Below, piece by piece: positions 24,157 through 36,805 of a stretch of DNA of 52,866 bases. Positions within the stretch are counted from its first letter, which is position 1, and every line of letters begins with the position of its first letter. This DNA comes from Thelocarpon superellum (Eukaryota): positions 62,001-114,866 of the forward strand of contig JAPEUG010000006.1 in assembly GCA_026025795.1 (NCBI GenBank). Direction: 5' to 3'. The position numbers were made by a program, and so were the translations under genes. A model generated the notes under the pieces. The model was not told where the DNA came from. It saw nothing but the letters and a program-made list of their open reading frames with translations, and made no database searches.

Positions 24157-26231
24157 CTAGGAAAGAAGAGCTGACGAAGGGCCTGCTCTATCGTCCCCCT
24201 CCTCTCCCTCTTCCTCTCCCTCTTCCCTTTCCTCCCCATCAGGATCTCCGCCCCCATTCCTGTCCCCATCGCCATTCTTGTCTCGTTGTGGATGAGAGGC
24301 CTGCCTTTCCCGTCCTTCTGCTTCTTCGTCACCGTCCCTTCTTCGTCGCTTCCACCATCGGAGTCGCTGCGGTATGGGTACAAGCCATGCTAGGCTCGGG
24401 GACGAAAAGGACGGTAGGATCGATTGTATGCTGTAGTTGGTGCTGGCGCTGGCGCTGGCGTGGCGGGTAGTAGTGTCGTGAGGGCCAGGAGCTGAGGCAA
24501 AAGACAAGGTATGGAGACTGGCGTTGGGGCCGAGCCGACCATTGGTTCTCCCAAGAGGGTGAGAAGGGGTGAAGAGAGATTTTCGACGACGCCACCGGTC
24601 ACGATAGGGTCCTAGGGTGTTGGTACGCAGCAGGTAGGTTCGTTCGTTGACGCGGTTGAGATCGTGCCGACTGCCGCTGGCACTGACACTGCCACTACCG
24701 CTTGCGCCGGGGCCGCCGTGTGGATTATGGCCTGCGCCGGGGCTGTGGAGGTGCAGAGCGGTGGTGGAGCGGCGACGATGGCGTGGCGTGGATTCAAATC
24801 GCGGGCTGGTGTCTTCGAGCTCGTCCCAGATCTCGGCCGCTTCCGTGGCCGAGCTGTGGCGGAAAGAGTTGGTGGCATTGTTGTGAGAGTGAAGAGAGCG
24901 AGGCCGCGGCGTGGAGGGATTAGAGGGTAGGAGCGGTTGGGATTCTGCATCCGTAGTTGGACTTGCGTCAATGCGATCATGTTCGTCGTCTGTGACGTCG
25001 TCCACAAATCCGAGGCCAGGGGTGAGTGCGTTCTGGCCCGCCGGGGGAGAGGTCTCGTTGTCGGTCAAGCGCCATGAGAGGGCGAAGACGCCTGCGAGAA
25101 GAATGACTGTTCCTAGGGCGATCTGGGCTGGTCAGTTCTGATGGTTTCACGAAAGGGAGACAGAGGAGAGGGACCGTACGAGAAGGGCGTGGAGGAGGGA
25201 CAGTTTGGAGGTTTGGCGAAAGTAGATCAGTCCGTCGAGGATGGCGATGATGTTGTAGATGCAAAAGACAAACGGATACAGAATGCTGGTCGACACGAGC
25301 TTCAAGCCGCGGTGAAGGTAGTATAATTGGCACAAGGCCAAAGCCACCAGACCGAGTAGCGTCACCCACGACTGCCAGCGGTTGAATTGATTGACGCGGT
25401 CCACGATTGTGCGCACCAGCAATTCCACCGCCGATTTGGCCACTAAGAGAGAGTGTGCCGAGAGAATCCCACTGACCGCCCCGTAGGCCATTCCGCGCCA
25501 AAGACGGGTCCTGGGACTGTTGACCGCCCGAGGGCTCATGATGCGCACGAGCTTGGAGGCACCAATGATTGCGATGACCAGCACCGCTTGACCGATCATC
25601 CAAAGAATAAAGGGGCGTCGACCTAGAAGGTCGAGTAGTTGGTCGAGAGTATGCGCCGGCTCTTTCATCGCGCCAAACGTCGCAATCAGCACCGCGCCGA
25701 CACACACCAAGATCGTTCCAACCAACGACCATCGCGTGAAGGGCTCGCCGAGGATGACCGTGGCGCAGATGGAGTTGAACACAAGTCCCGACTGCCCGAG
25801 TCAGTCGTCGCTCGGTCGTCCTTCATATGAGACACGTACCGCTTGCAGGGTGGACAGCACCGGCAGGGGCAGAGTGGTGATCTGGATGGTACTGCCGAGC
25901 AAGTTGGACACAACAAACATGAGCATCCCCAGCTGTACAGCCGTCGTCAGCCATCCAGCTTTCGTCCTCAATACGTCTCCAATCCCTCTCACCTGCCATC
26001 GTCTCCGTCGGTGCGGCGGACGCCGGACAAAATGTGAGTCTTTCTCATCCTCGAGAATGTGCGACTTGCGCTGCAGCGTGAGGCCCAGGCTCTGCACACT
26101 GGTCGACATCAACCCCACCACCACCCCCAGCTAGACCGGGACACCGTCAGCGGCACCCGGAAACTCGGGCCAGGTGATGGTTGACGTACCGCGACCGAGC
26201 CGCTCGGCGAGAGATCACCGAATTGCCCCAT
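24157..26231 (-). CDS. NIPA/DUF803-family (putative Mg2+) transporter, multi-exon
   Basis: MGQFGDLSPSGSVA-LGVVVGLMSTSVQSLGLTLQRKSH..RRRRWQ-LGMLMFVVSNLLGS..LPLPVLSTLQA-SGLVFNSICATVILGEPF..QLYYLHRGLKL..; multiple TM helices and a long disordered C-tail. Confidence 0.85.
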
Positions 26232-26847
26232 GCTGAGCAAGGAGACCGGGGTTGGTGGGTGCAGCGGGGCACAATCGCCACGGCATGTCCATCGAGTTGG
26301 TTGGACCGAGGTGAGGCTGTCACCTTCTGTAACGAGGTGAGGAGGAGAGACGGAGAGGACGAGGGAGATAGGGTCGATTCCTCCAACGTGGACGACTGCC
26401 AGCTTCTAGGCCGTCCAGGTTGGATGATCTGGCAGCGATTGCGGCACGCGGCATGAAAGGCCCGCCGTAGTGGTGGCAGCTCCGGTGATGGTGCGCTACG
26501 GTGACCAACAGATACACCTAGAGCTTGGCGGTGGTGGTGTCGTGCTGCACGGTGGATCACAGGATTGGGTCATGAACTCTGACCTGCGACTGTCACCAGT
26601 CTAGCATAGCTGTATGGTCGCAGTCGAGACGGCAATACTCGCATTCGCGTTCGCCCTCGTCCATCCTCTGCAATCCCCAGCGTGCAGCATCATGTTCTAA
26701 TCCTGTAGACCTGGATCGTCTTCCTACTTCGTCGCCCGCCATCGTTAGAGCGACCGCCGTTAGATCGCCATCTAACCCGGCAGCCCTTGCTGCCCGGCAT
26801 CGCCGTTCGAAGCCCATCTACCATTATCCCTCCCTTCGTGTCTCAAG

Positions 26848-27666
26848 ATGTCTCAACATGCGTTATCAGATGATCAGGTGAGTGGACCGGCCTCGGCAGA
26901 ATGGGACGGACTGTCCACGAGGAAGATCGCGTGCTAATCTGAGGTCGGGATCACGCTAGGTGGCGGGGGAGTTGAAGAAGATGACGGCTTTCATCCGGCA
27001 AGAGGCCCTGGAGAAGGCCCGAGAGATCCAGATCAAGGCCGACGAGGAATTTGCCATCGAAAAATCCAAGCTCGTGCGCCAAGAGTCGGCCGCCATCGAC
27101 ACGCAGTATGAGAAGAAGTTCAAGCAGGCAGCCATGTCACAGCAGATCGCACGCTCGACCGTGGCCAACAAGACCCGATTGCGCGTGCTCAGTGCGCGGC
27201 AGGAGCTACTAGACGATCTGTACGAGAAGGCGGGGAGGAAGTTGGGCGGATTTACCAAGGACAAGACCAAGTATCAGGCCATCCTCAAGAACCTCATCCT
27301 CGAGGGCGCTTACGCCTTGAACGAGAGCAAGATCCTCGTGCGAGCACGCAAGGCCGACTACGACCTAGTCAAGCAGGCCATCGACGGCACACAGAAGGAG
27401 TACGAGGAGAAGACGCACAAGGAGGTGTCGGTGACGATCGACGAGAAAAACCCGCTTCCCGACGGAACGTATGTGCCTCAACATCCCTCACTGAGACCGT
27501 GTTGACCCCCTTTAGCGCCGGCGGCGTCTCCATCGTCGGCGGGAACGGGAAGATCGACATCAATAACACCTTGGAAGAGCGGCTCAAGCTGCTCGAGACC
27601 GACGCGCTTCCCGTCGTGCGAACGACCTTATTCGGCACCAACGAGCACCGGAGATTCCATGACTGA
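26848..27666 (+). CDS. VMA4: V-type ATPase V1 subunit E (3 exons)
   Basis: [58 protein letters not shown]..-AGGVSIVGGNGKIDINNTLEERLKLL..LFGTNEHRRFHD*. Confidence 0.96.
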
Positions 27667-27945
27667 GTGAGACGCTTGCTCCGATACTATCCTAAAAAGG
27701 CTTCCCGGCCTGAGTGGCGTTCAAAGAAAGACGCGGTCGTGACCTCAATCTCCCGCCCTTCCTCCATTCCTAGCAGTTTGCATTTCAGCGGAGATTCTGT
27801 ACAACGCGTGTGTGTGTATGATAAGTCGCCGGGAAGATGAGATCTCGAGTATCATCCATGTCAACGCAGGGTGTCTCCGATCACGCTCAGTTGGCGCCTC
27901 CAACGCCACCTAGAACAGAGTAGATCAAGCCATGACACACATCTA

Positions 27946-30318
27946 TTACTGACGCGCAAGCCATGCATTTGGTGGGGGCGAACGACCAGTGCGCGATGAG
28001 GCCAACAAGCGCGCCACAATGCCCGAAGCAGGGTGTGAGGCAGCATCATCAGCATCGTCATCAGCACCGGCCGCGTTGACCGCCAGCGTGGACTGGAATA
28101 GGTGCTGCTTCGGCCGCGACTTGGTGCGCACACCGTAAACCAGGCGGTAGTGGACGCGCTCCAGGACCTCCTTGGCCTCGGTGCGGGTCATATGAGCCGC
28201 GCCGCTATCACTGATTGTGGTGAACATGACCTTGATCTTGCGCGCGAGCTCGTCCACGGCGCCATTGAAAGCGCGCTCCTGCGCCGCTATCGTCACGTCC
28301 AAGTCGCAGCTGCTGCAGCCGTCATCGAGCCCAATGTCTAGGATGGACAGTAGCGCCGCGAGCTCAGTGTAATTGGTCTCGTTGCCGATGTCGAAGCGGC
28401 TATCGTCTAGTCGCGTCATGATTCGCGGAAATTGCACGAGTGGGCCAGAGGGCGTGTCGAGAATGGAGCGGTCCTCGAAGAAATACGCCATCGCCAGTCG
28501 ACGCCGGAGGGCGTAGAGGGGCCCCGGCGAGATCGGAATGTGGTTCAGCATCTGAAGCCGCAGAGTCCCGTACGTCGTGTATCCAAAGACGACGCTGCTG
28601 ACCCGGATCAGCTGGCAAGTATCAGCTCGGTGAGGGGTGGATCGCGAGCGTGGAGATCCTACAGATAGTGGCAACCCCTCGTCGGCGAGAGAGGCTGATA
28701 GGGACTTGATGGCCAGCTGGATCGCGTGTAAGATGTCTGCTTCTCGCACCACGTTCGAATCGAGCGTCAGGCGCAGCAAAAGGCATATGGCGTGCTCACG
28801 CGCGGCGGAAGTTAGACTAGATTAGGTCAGAGCTGGCAAGCATGGGAGACGTTGCACGATTCCATCTACCTGTGAGGCACGCCGCCCATGACAGCAATGA
28901 CCGACCGCAACGCCATCCAATCTCGACGGTCGTCATCTTGGCAGGTTAGCATAACCGTGCCGAAGAGCGTGGGCCTGAGACATACTGCTTCGACCCTCAG
29001 GCATGGGATGGATCTCTTGCATCAGGTCGATTGCCTCTGGGGTCGCCTGCAGACAGGCCAGCAGACCATCCATCGCGTCAGGCTCCAGCAAGCGGGTGAT
29101 TTGGTCGCTGCAGGACTGCTTTTATTCTCAGTCTTCCATCTCCTTCCTTCTGCATCATACGTACTCCCAGCGTGGTTTGATACGCCACGATTAGATCTGC
29201 ACGCGACTCATGACATACTGCAGAGCAAAGGGTTAGCCGCCGTAAGTGGGAGGAGATGCGAGGCCCACTAACGTTCGTAAAACATCCAGCGAATCAACTC
29301 GTCAGGTAAGGGATCGTGTAGGACCATCTCGGCCACGAGGCCTGAAAGGAAGGTGATTTGTCGGGAGGAACGATCTAGACCATAGAATACGAGTCAGTAT
29401 CGACGTACGAGGAGCGGAGTGGCCAGAACAGTGACCCTTCAGCAAGCTTTGCCATCCACGGTTGCGTAGAACTTTGGCCGGAAACGGAGGCGGGGTGGAT
29501 GCCTTCTCCGACGTCCTTTCCTTGAAGAAGAACCAGACTTTGGTCCGATTTAGAGCTTCCGTTCGTTGCATCGCGTGCATAATCTTCTGCACCTCGCTTC
29601 CTTCGCGGTCGGCCGCCACGACCGAGGCCAGGAGCGAGTCGTCCGTGGCGCCACCCTTCGGCGCCGTGCTGGCCGTCGCTGCATGGGTCCGTGCCAATGA
29701 CGAATCTTGGTCGATGATAATCTTGGCTTTAGCCACCTCAGCCTCGGATGCAGCATCTTTCTCGGTCTGGCCAACGAGGGAGGCGATAGAGTTCCTGTAT
29801 TGGGGGCGCACGATCGACCTTGTCGGTTGCCGGTTGTTCGTCGATGCCATCTGAGCGCGGGTGATTCGAGGCTCCTCTCGTCGGGATACGTCCCTCGCGA
29901 GATCAAGAACGGCTGCCGGGGCCATAGTCTCGGGCCGCGGGGCAAGGAGTTGCTCCAAGGTGTCGAGGGATGACTCAGAAGAGGCATCTTCGTCGTCGGA
30001 GCTTCGGATGATGCGGTCCTTGCCTTTTGTCGCGGGATGGTGGGCGGCGGCGAGAGCGGGGCTGCTCACGGGGGCAAACCTGCCGGCCGCAATCTCGACG
30101 TGCTCGTCACCGGAGGCGACATGAGCGTTGCTCGATTTGGTCGGGTCGCTGGATGCGATAGCTTCTTGCTTGGCGGAAGACGAGATGGCCTGCAGACGTG
30201 TGGAGGCCCGTGTTGGGATTGTGGGGCCCTGGGGGCCATTACTGGCGTCGGGTGCGGTCGTCGGACGTGGGTGGGAGAAGGGCTTGAAGAAGTCAGTGAC
30301 TCTCCGATTGCCTGACAT
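27946..30318 (-). CDS. Conserved fungal nuclear protein, multi-exon; possibly Nse6/SLF2 (CANIN-domain)-like
   Basis: Two long same-strand ORFs (338 and 277 aa) bridged by smaller exons. Disordered N-terminus, LPDELIRWMF segment and C-terminal ISDSGAAHMTRTEAKEVLERVHYRL. The family call is from recollection only, and internal exon boundaries are unresolved. Confidence 0.6.
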
Positions 30319-30787
30319 TCAGGCGTTGATGGCAAGACATCCACGCCGCACCGGACGTTGGGTCCAACTCGGGGCGCGCGGTGGGGGTTGGGTGAAAGGT
30401 CGACGGGCAATATCGCGAGCAGCTGTCGCGTGGAAACGTGACTTGATCAATCGCGACGACTAAGTTACTTCGTGCGCCATGTGGGCGTGATGTCGCTAGC
30501 TACCATGCTTGCACGCGGATAATTGGAGAAGAGTTGGCATTCCCGTCTGCCACTACGAGGATTGTGCACTCCTCCAAAATGCTTTTCCTTCATTGGCGAA
30601 CCACGCCCCCTCAGCCTCAGTTCCTCTTCAGCTGTCACACCCGGACAGAAGTCCACAAGTACCACTTAGGGTAGGTGGACGATTGGCCGATCTGACGAGG
30701 TTGTGGCTAGTTGCCGAGCAATACTCGCGGTGCCTCAGTACGATTCTGGACTCGTTAGGGTCCGCGGGCCGTCGCGCGCGACAGGTA

Positions 30788-32804
30788 GGAGTAGCTACGG
30801 TCAATTCTGTACAACCACCAATTCTGTACAGAATCGGGGTCAGGAGGCCTACAGATCAGATTGACAACACAATTGCAAAGTAGATACATTAGATAGCTAG
30901 GAGAGAAGGGTCTATAGACTGGTAACTCAATTCAAAGTCGTTTTGATCCAATTGGGCTACTTCTTCATCATCTGTAGCCTCTGATATCGCTTCTGTCCCT
31001 ATTGTCTGACTTGCTTGTTGGCTATTCAAGGCCTCTTCCTTTGCCACCTTGACCTCTAGCCAACACTTCTTGCACTTGTCCTTCACAATTGACACCTGTA
31101 GCTTGAGATCCTGTTATTGCTGGCATTGACCTTCCTGGTTCTGCCATTGTACAACCTCTTCCTCACATTCCAGCTCTTTCTGTCAAATGAGCTCCTGCAC
31201 TTCCTCAACACAGAGCAACCCTCCACACTGTAGAACAGTCCAGCAATGTGTGGAATGTTGCACCTGTTCCTTGATTGACTGGTAGAGGTTGTCCAGCTCT
31301 GATTCCATTAGTATTGCACATGACATTGACTGCTTAGTGCTCTGTACAAGCTTCAGCAACACCTCTGGAAGGTGAGGGATGTTGTCAACAGGTTCCACAG
31401 CCAGTAGCAAGGCCTCTGTGTGTTGTTTGATCTGCTGTAGTGTTGTAGGGGTCTGGAGTAGTAGGGTAGAAGGGCCATTGTCATTGTTGTTGTTGTCATT
31501 GATCAGAGGTGTAGCAGGTTGCAAGGCTTTGTTCAATTGCTGCAGTATAACATCTGGATCATATAGCACAATGCCTGTCTTCTGGAAGGCCAACTTCACA
31601 TTTGATTTAGTGAAAGCTTGCTGGCAAACATGTGGCAGGATTGACAGGAATTGCACCTTGTCAATAGCCTTGTTGCCACATTGCACAGCATTGTCAACAG
31701 CACAGGTGTAGTAGTGCTTGTAGGGCTGGAAGCAACTGACATCCAACAGCTGCAGTAGGTGGCTTGTATAGGGTGGTAGGCAAACCAGGATGATATCAAG
31801 GTCCTAGGCCTTGATCACAAAGTCTGGGGTGATGTGACTGCCATGGCCATCCATCAGTAGTAGTTGATATCAGCCATGGGCACTATCCTTTGTGAAGTGG
31901 TTGAATATCGATTTGAGCCATTTGATGGTGATGGTGTCTGTGGTCCAGCCCTTGGGTGATGTTGCTATTGTCCAGTTGCTTGGAAGGTTGGCCTTGTGCA
32001 AATACCATGTCGCAGGGTGTTGTTGGCCAGGCATGATGATTAGCAGAGGCAGAACAGAGCCATCAGATTGGATACACTCAACAGCTGTTATCCATGTACA
32101 GGTGCCAGGCTGTGTCACCAATGCCTGGCACTTCTTTGAGCTAGAATAGCAGACAACTCTCATATGTCTGGCAACACTACTAAGGAAGCCTGTCTCATTG
32201 ATGTTCCATATATTGTCCTCCACAACACCATACTCCTGTATGATGTCCTGGAATTGCTGAAACCACCTGTTGACATGGTTCCTGTTGGTACAGTTGGCGT
32301 GTATGCTATCCAGAGGTTGACTTGGTGTTGTTGTATACTCCAGATGACACTTGACAAAGCGATTGGCCCAATTGATGCCAACAGACAGTGTGGTGTTGTC
32401 TTCTGTATGATTCAACTTGGTGAGGAGCTTGTTGGTGTATCCACAGATGATATCCAGCTGTAGAGGAAAGCCGGCCCTGATCAATTGATCAATTGACACC
32501 TTGAGTGCTTCCTCCTGAGGTCTTGAGAGCTTCTGATTGTGCCTGCTGTTCAGAGCTCACAGTTGGTCACCATTGGCACATCCTAGGAGCTGGCAGTAAG
32601 GAGTGTGGTAATAGGCTGTGGCCTGGTGAAGGGATGCGAATTGACCTGTGTTATATGTGTCATAGGCCTCCTGGATGAGGCTCTCGGAGTCTTGAGCCAA
32701 TTGCTCCATTCTGTGTGGCATGGTGGTTGATCCTAGGTCACTGTGGGGGGGTTCACAATGCTGTACAGAATTGGTGGTTGTACAGAATTGACCGTAGCTA
32801 CTCC
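30788..32804 (-). mobile_element. pogo/Fot1-type Tc1-mariner DNA transposon, full length, inactivated
   Basis: Perfect terminal inverted repeats GGAGTAGCTACGGTCAATTCTGTACAACCACCAATTCTGTACAG, each containing two AATTCTGTACA direct repeats; flanked by TA at 30786-30787 and 32805-32806. Confidence 0.92.
30889..32721 (-). pseudogene. pogo/Fot1 DDE_1 transposase (one ~611-codon frame broken by transition-derived stops)
   Basis: VGINWANRFVK (HTH), IWNINETGF, GWTTDTITIKWL, LLLMDGHGSH, LQLLDVSCFQPYKHYY. The ORF fragments 31870-32499, 31183-31746 and 30889-31095 share one frame. Confidence 0.9.
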
Positions 32805-33380
32805 TACCGGTCGGTCGGCTTCTGTCAACCGATGTCCAGGGACAGGGCCACGTTCGTGCAATCTCATTTGTAGGAAAGAGCAGATCTCACGCACCACCTA
32901 ACATTGCAGTTGCCATCGCTATTGGTTGACAGAGAGTTGTAGCCTGCTCTCGAATTCACGCAACCCCCCACGTGGGCGTTGTCGAAGGCAGCGCCAAGTT
33001 GAGTACCCACTTGAGTATTTGGGAAGATCTGGGAGGATGTGCCCCAAGCAACGAGCACGTACTTTGTAGCCGAGGTTTTACCACAATAATATGCTCCGCG
33101 GATAGTCTGCGGATCCTTCTTTCTAAGGCACGGGACCACGGTCCAACCACCGTAGAAGTACAGCCATTACTACCCACCTAGACATGATCACAAAGAAGTT
33201 TTGCCTGTTCCGCTTCTAGCTTGACATTGACCATATGATGGACCCAGTTCTTTGTGCAAGGTGGATACATCAAACTTTCTGTGAGATGCGGGTTTCAGAC
33301 AGGCTAGTAGCAGCAGTCATTTGCCTGACGACCGGAGAGCCTCTCGTAGGTTAAGGGTCAGCACCCGGTTTTCCCCAATC

Positions 33381-33410
33381 GCCCATGCCCATGCCCATGC
33401 CCATGCCCAT
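33381..33410. repeat. Hexanucleotide microsatellite (GCCCAT)x5
   Basis: Five exact tandem copies read directly. Confidence 0.9.
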
Positions 33411-34265
33411 CATAGCCGATCGTGTTGCGGTGACGACGCCATTAGAGGCCCATATCGGTTGGCTAGAAGCTGAGAGCTGTGAACTACCAAAATAATGGCG
33501 CCACAAGCACCGGATGATGGAGTCCCTCGAGCACTGCATCGGGGCCTGCCAACTCGATGGCTATAAGCGAGGAAGAGGTGGGAGTGGAGGATGGCGGAGA
33601 AACGGGTGGGATCCTGGAGCTTAGCCGCAGTCACGCGGACCCGATCTGTCCCAGATTTCCTTTGATCGCGCCGAGAGCTTCCAGAATATCACCAAAGCTC
33701 TATAGATCATCGCGCCCCGCTGACCGTACGGAAGAGGTGTTCTGTTCTTCGATTGATCTCCATTTTGGACATGCTTTTCCATACCCGTTTGCCCTCGCAC
33801 CGCACTCTGCTCGCTCGCGAAAGATTATTGTATCTAACGACATTTCACTGGCGTTAGTTTTGGAAATTGATGCCCCAGAGTCGGCCATGGCCCATGAATG
33901 CTTCGCCCATGCATTATTGGTAGCTTCGGAATCTTCATGAAAACGTTCCTCGCTCTTTTTTTCGAACATAGCATGGTCGCTAGCAGCGTCTCTCTCCTAG
34001 AGCTGCGTTGCTAGATGATTGAAGTGTTGGTGGTACTGTACCTCCTGATCCTCTTTCTGTGAGCGAATTTGAGTTCTTCTCGCAGGAGGCCCTTGACGAA
34101 CTACACAGCAGTCAGTCTCGATGCCTAGAGTAGAAGGGAGGAAGAGAGCCGTAAGGAACCAACATTTGTGAGAGACAGTGTCGTTGCTAGGAATATAATA
34201 GAGCTGTGCCTCCTCTAGGTGGCCATGAACTCTCCCCAATCTTGAATAACAGTCTTCTCACCAAG

Positions 34266-34456
34266 TGTGACACCGGGAGCTCCACAAGGATAGGATTGAT
34301 CACATGATAGCCACGTGATGGTCACATGATACAGCACATGACCTGGCACACTGTATATAAACCAAGTCCCGCTGCGAGCTAGCAGAGCCCCAGCGTTCAA
34401 CTCGAGTGACATGAGGAGGCAGGTCATAGGTCTATGAGCCCTAGGAGCCACAGAGT
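34266..34456 (+). repeat. Solo LTR of the Gypsy A family, left part (split by the Harbinger insertion)
   Basis: Aligns with 36806-37062 and 51320-51576 up to ..GGAGCCACAGAGT; the remainder resumes at 52074. Confidence 0.9.
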
Positions 34457-34717
34457 AGAGTGGTTTCGCCACAGGAAAGACAGAAATTCTAAAGAGTGGA
34501 AATGGGATAGGTGTGCTGATCATTGCCTATTCTGGTTGTGATCCCTGTCAACAGGGATCACAACTTCAGCAGAGTTCCAAAGTGCTTCAGATCTCTTCTA
34601 AAGACCTGTTATAGTTAGGGCAGTCCTATTGTAGTTAGCTGTTGCAATCAATTGTGTCAATTCAAATGTCAGACTCACCTGTGTGTCTCCATTGTTGCCT
34701 TGATATTGTGATATAGA

Positions 34718-35889
34718 TGAATAGTATAGCTCAGTTGCCTCCATTTCGATTTGATCCACCTGCTGTATTGTCAGCTGTATTGTTAGTAGTCTCTTGGAGT
34801 CCTAGTCCCACACCCCAGGCACAGTCCCAAGACTCCTTCCCACCTCCTCCACTCTATCCTCCATCATCAGTGTGGTCTAGAACCCAATCAGGAGACTTGC
34901 AAGGGTCTTAGGATGGGTTCCAGGTCCTAGTGTCATCATTTGATAGAGGCAGGGAGGAGATCAACTCACCTCTCACCCCCTGAGCCAGCCAATTCCCTCC
35001 CAACAACAACAATGATGACAACAATCCCACTCCTGAGCCAACACTACACCAGTGGCAGCAGCAGCAGCAGTGGCAGCAGCCACTTGAGTTCAGGATCAGC
35101 CCTGTGAGACATCAGCAACAGGTCAATCTCTTAGAAGATGAGGAACTCACCTTGATCCAGATCTGTGCAGAGAATAGGTTAGCATTTGTTAATAGGAAGA
35201 AGAGAGCCTTCTAGGATACTATTGCAAGGCAATTCACCACTGTGACAGGAAAGCAGTATAAGAACTGCGATAGGCATATAGCAATGTTGGTCTAGAAGAG
35301 AAGGCTGCAAATAGCAGTAGAAACAACAGGGACAGAGTAGACAAACAACAAGTAGACAATTGCAATCAATTGGTGGATTGAGTGCTTGGACCAGCTAAAA
35401 AGAGAAGAAGAAGAGAGAAGAGAAGAACAAGACAAGAGGAGCAGCTACATGGCAAGGGCAAACAAGGTGAGAGGTGACCTGTTGCTTGGTCAGAGTGCAC
35501 AGCAAGTGGCAGAACAAGCAAGGAGGATGGACAACTCACCTGATATTGATAATGGCAATGTTGAATTAACTGCCTTGTCACTGTTTGCCTCCTTGTCCAG
35601 CATATCTAGTGCATCAAATCACCAGACCTGTGCTCAGAAGCAGTGACAGGCAGATGATGTGATGGAGGTGGATCTGGTGGAGGACAAGCTTGGCACTGCT
35701 GTTGAGAAGTTAGTCAACTTCATGACAAGTCAACAGGGGAGTGAGCAGGCATGTACCAAGGCAATTGTGAAGGAAGTGGTCAGGGACAAGATTGGTCAGA
35801 TCCATGAGATGTTGGTAGAGGAGACAAGGGCACAGGCAGGCATGCTTTGCCAACAGCTTCAGGAGAGTCTAACATTGGGGCTGTGGTAG
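34718..35889 (+). pseudogene. Harbinger Myb/SANT-like DNA-binding protein remnant (start approximate)
   Basis: LEDEELTLIQICAEN..KKRAF*DTIARQFTTVTGKQYKNC..NWWIECLD followed by a coiled coil; position matches Harbinger ORF1. Confidence 0.6.
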
Positions 35890-36805
35890 ATGATGTTAGC
35901 AATCAGAAGCTAGAACAATCAGGAGGGAGGAAGGACATGAACCTAGCTGTAGATAGTCCTCAATTGATGGTAGCATCAATCCAAAGATCAACTCTGTCTG
36001 CTATAAGAATCAGTAACAGTTAGCTAGTAGAACTGCTATGAGGAAGTACACAGTGACTAGGCTGTTGTGTGACTACAGTGTAGTTGCAAACTGTGTTGAT
36101 CTCCATAGATTAGTGGTGTTTCCAAAGGCATGCTCAACACTGATGTGGTAGCTACTCATCACAGTGTTGAACACCATGCATTTGTCATTAGTAGTACTGC
36201 TCTTTAGGAAGGGGTTGAGGATGCTGTAGGTGTTGTGGTATGCCTTGTTGCTGTATATATACAGATCTTCACAATCTGTATAGACCTAGAGAGTAGTGGT
36301 TAGTAGGTGCTCATGGAGGGGACAGGGACTCACTCAGTGGAGCTCTTGCTGGACTCCACTGTCTAGAAACATCCACTAGTTGTTATTTGGAGCCTGATAA
36401 GGCCTGGCCAGTGATGTGACCAGGCTGTCAGGTGTTAGAATTGCTTGGTATTTGAAGCTGTGTCAATGCTTGTGTCCAGAGTAGTGATCCTGCTAGTTCT
36501 CTGACAGTCAACAGAACAGATTGAATGTCCTGTCAACAAAGCTGAAGATCTAGTTGCCACTGTAGCCAGAGCAGTGTCCAACAGCAGTGCTAAAGGAGTG
36601 TAGGAGGTTGTAGTTGTTGAGACAAGGGTGCTAATAGAGGAAGCGCTAGTATCAGGTGTAGAGGTAGGCAACAATGTTATTGTAGACACTTGAGAGGAAT
36701 GCAGACAAGTGTCTGAAGAGCCTACTCTGTTGCAGCAGACAATCTAGGTACACCAGGTGTGCTAGTAGTAGGCAGATGGCTAGGTCTGGTAGGGCAGAGT
36801 ATTGA

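Noticed and set aside
34165..34261. TGTGAGA...TCTCAC-bounded ~97-bp stretch as a tiny solo LTR
   Set aside because: No terminal CA, no TSD and no second copy in the window.
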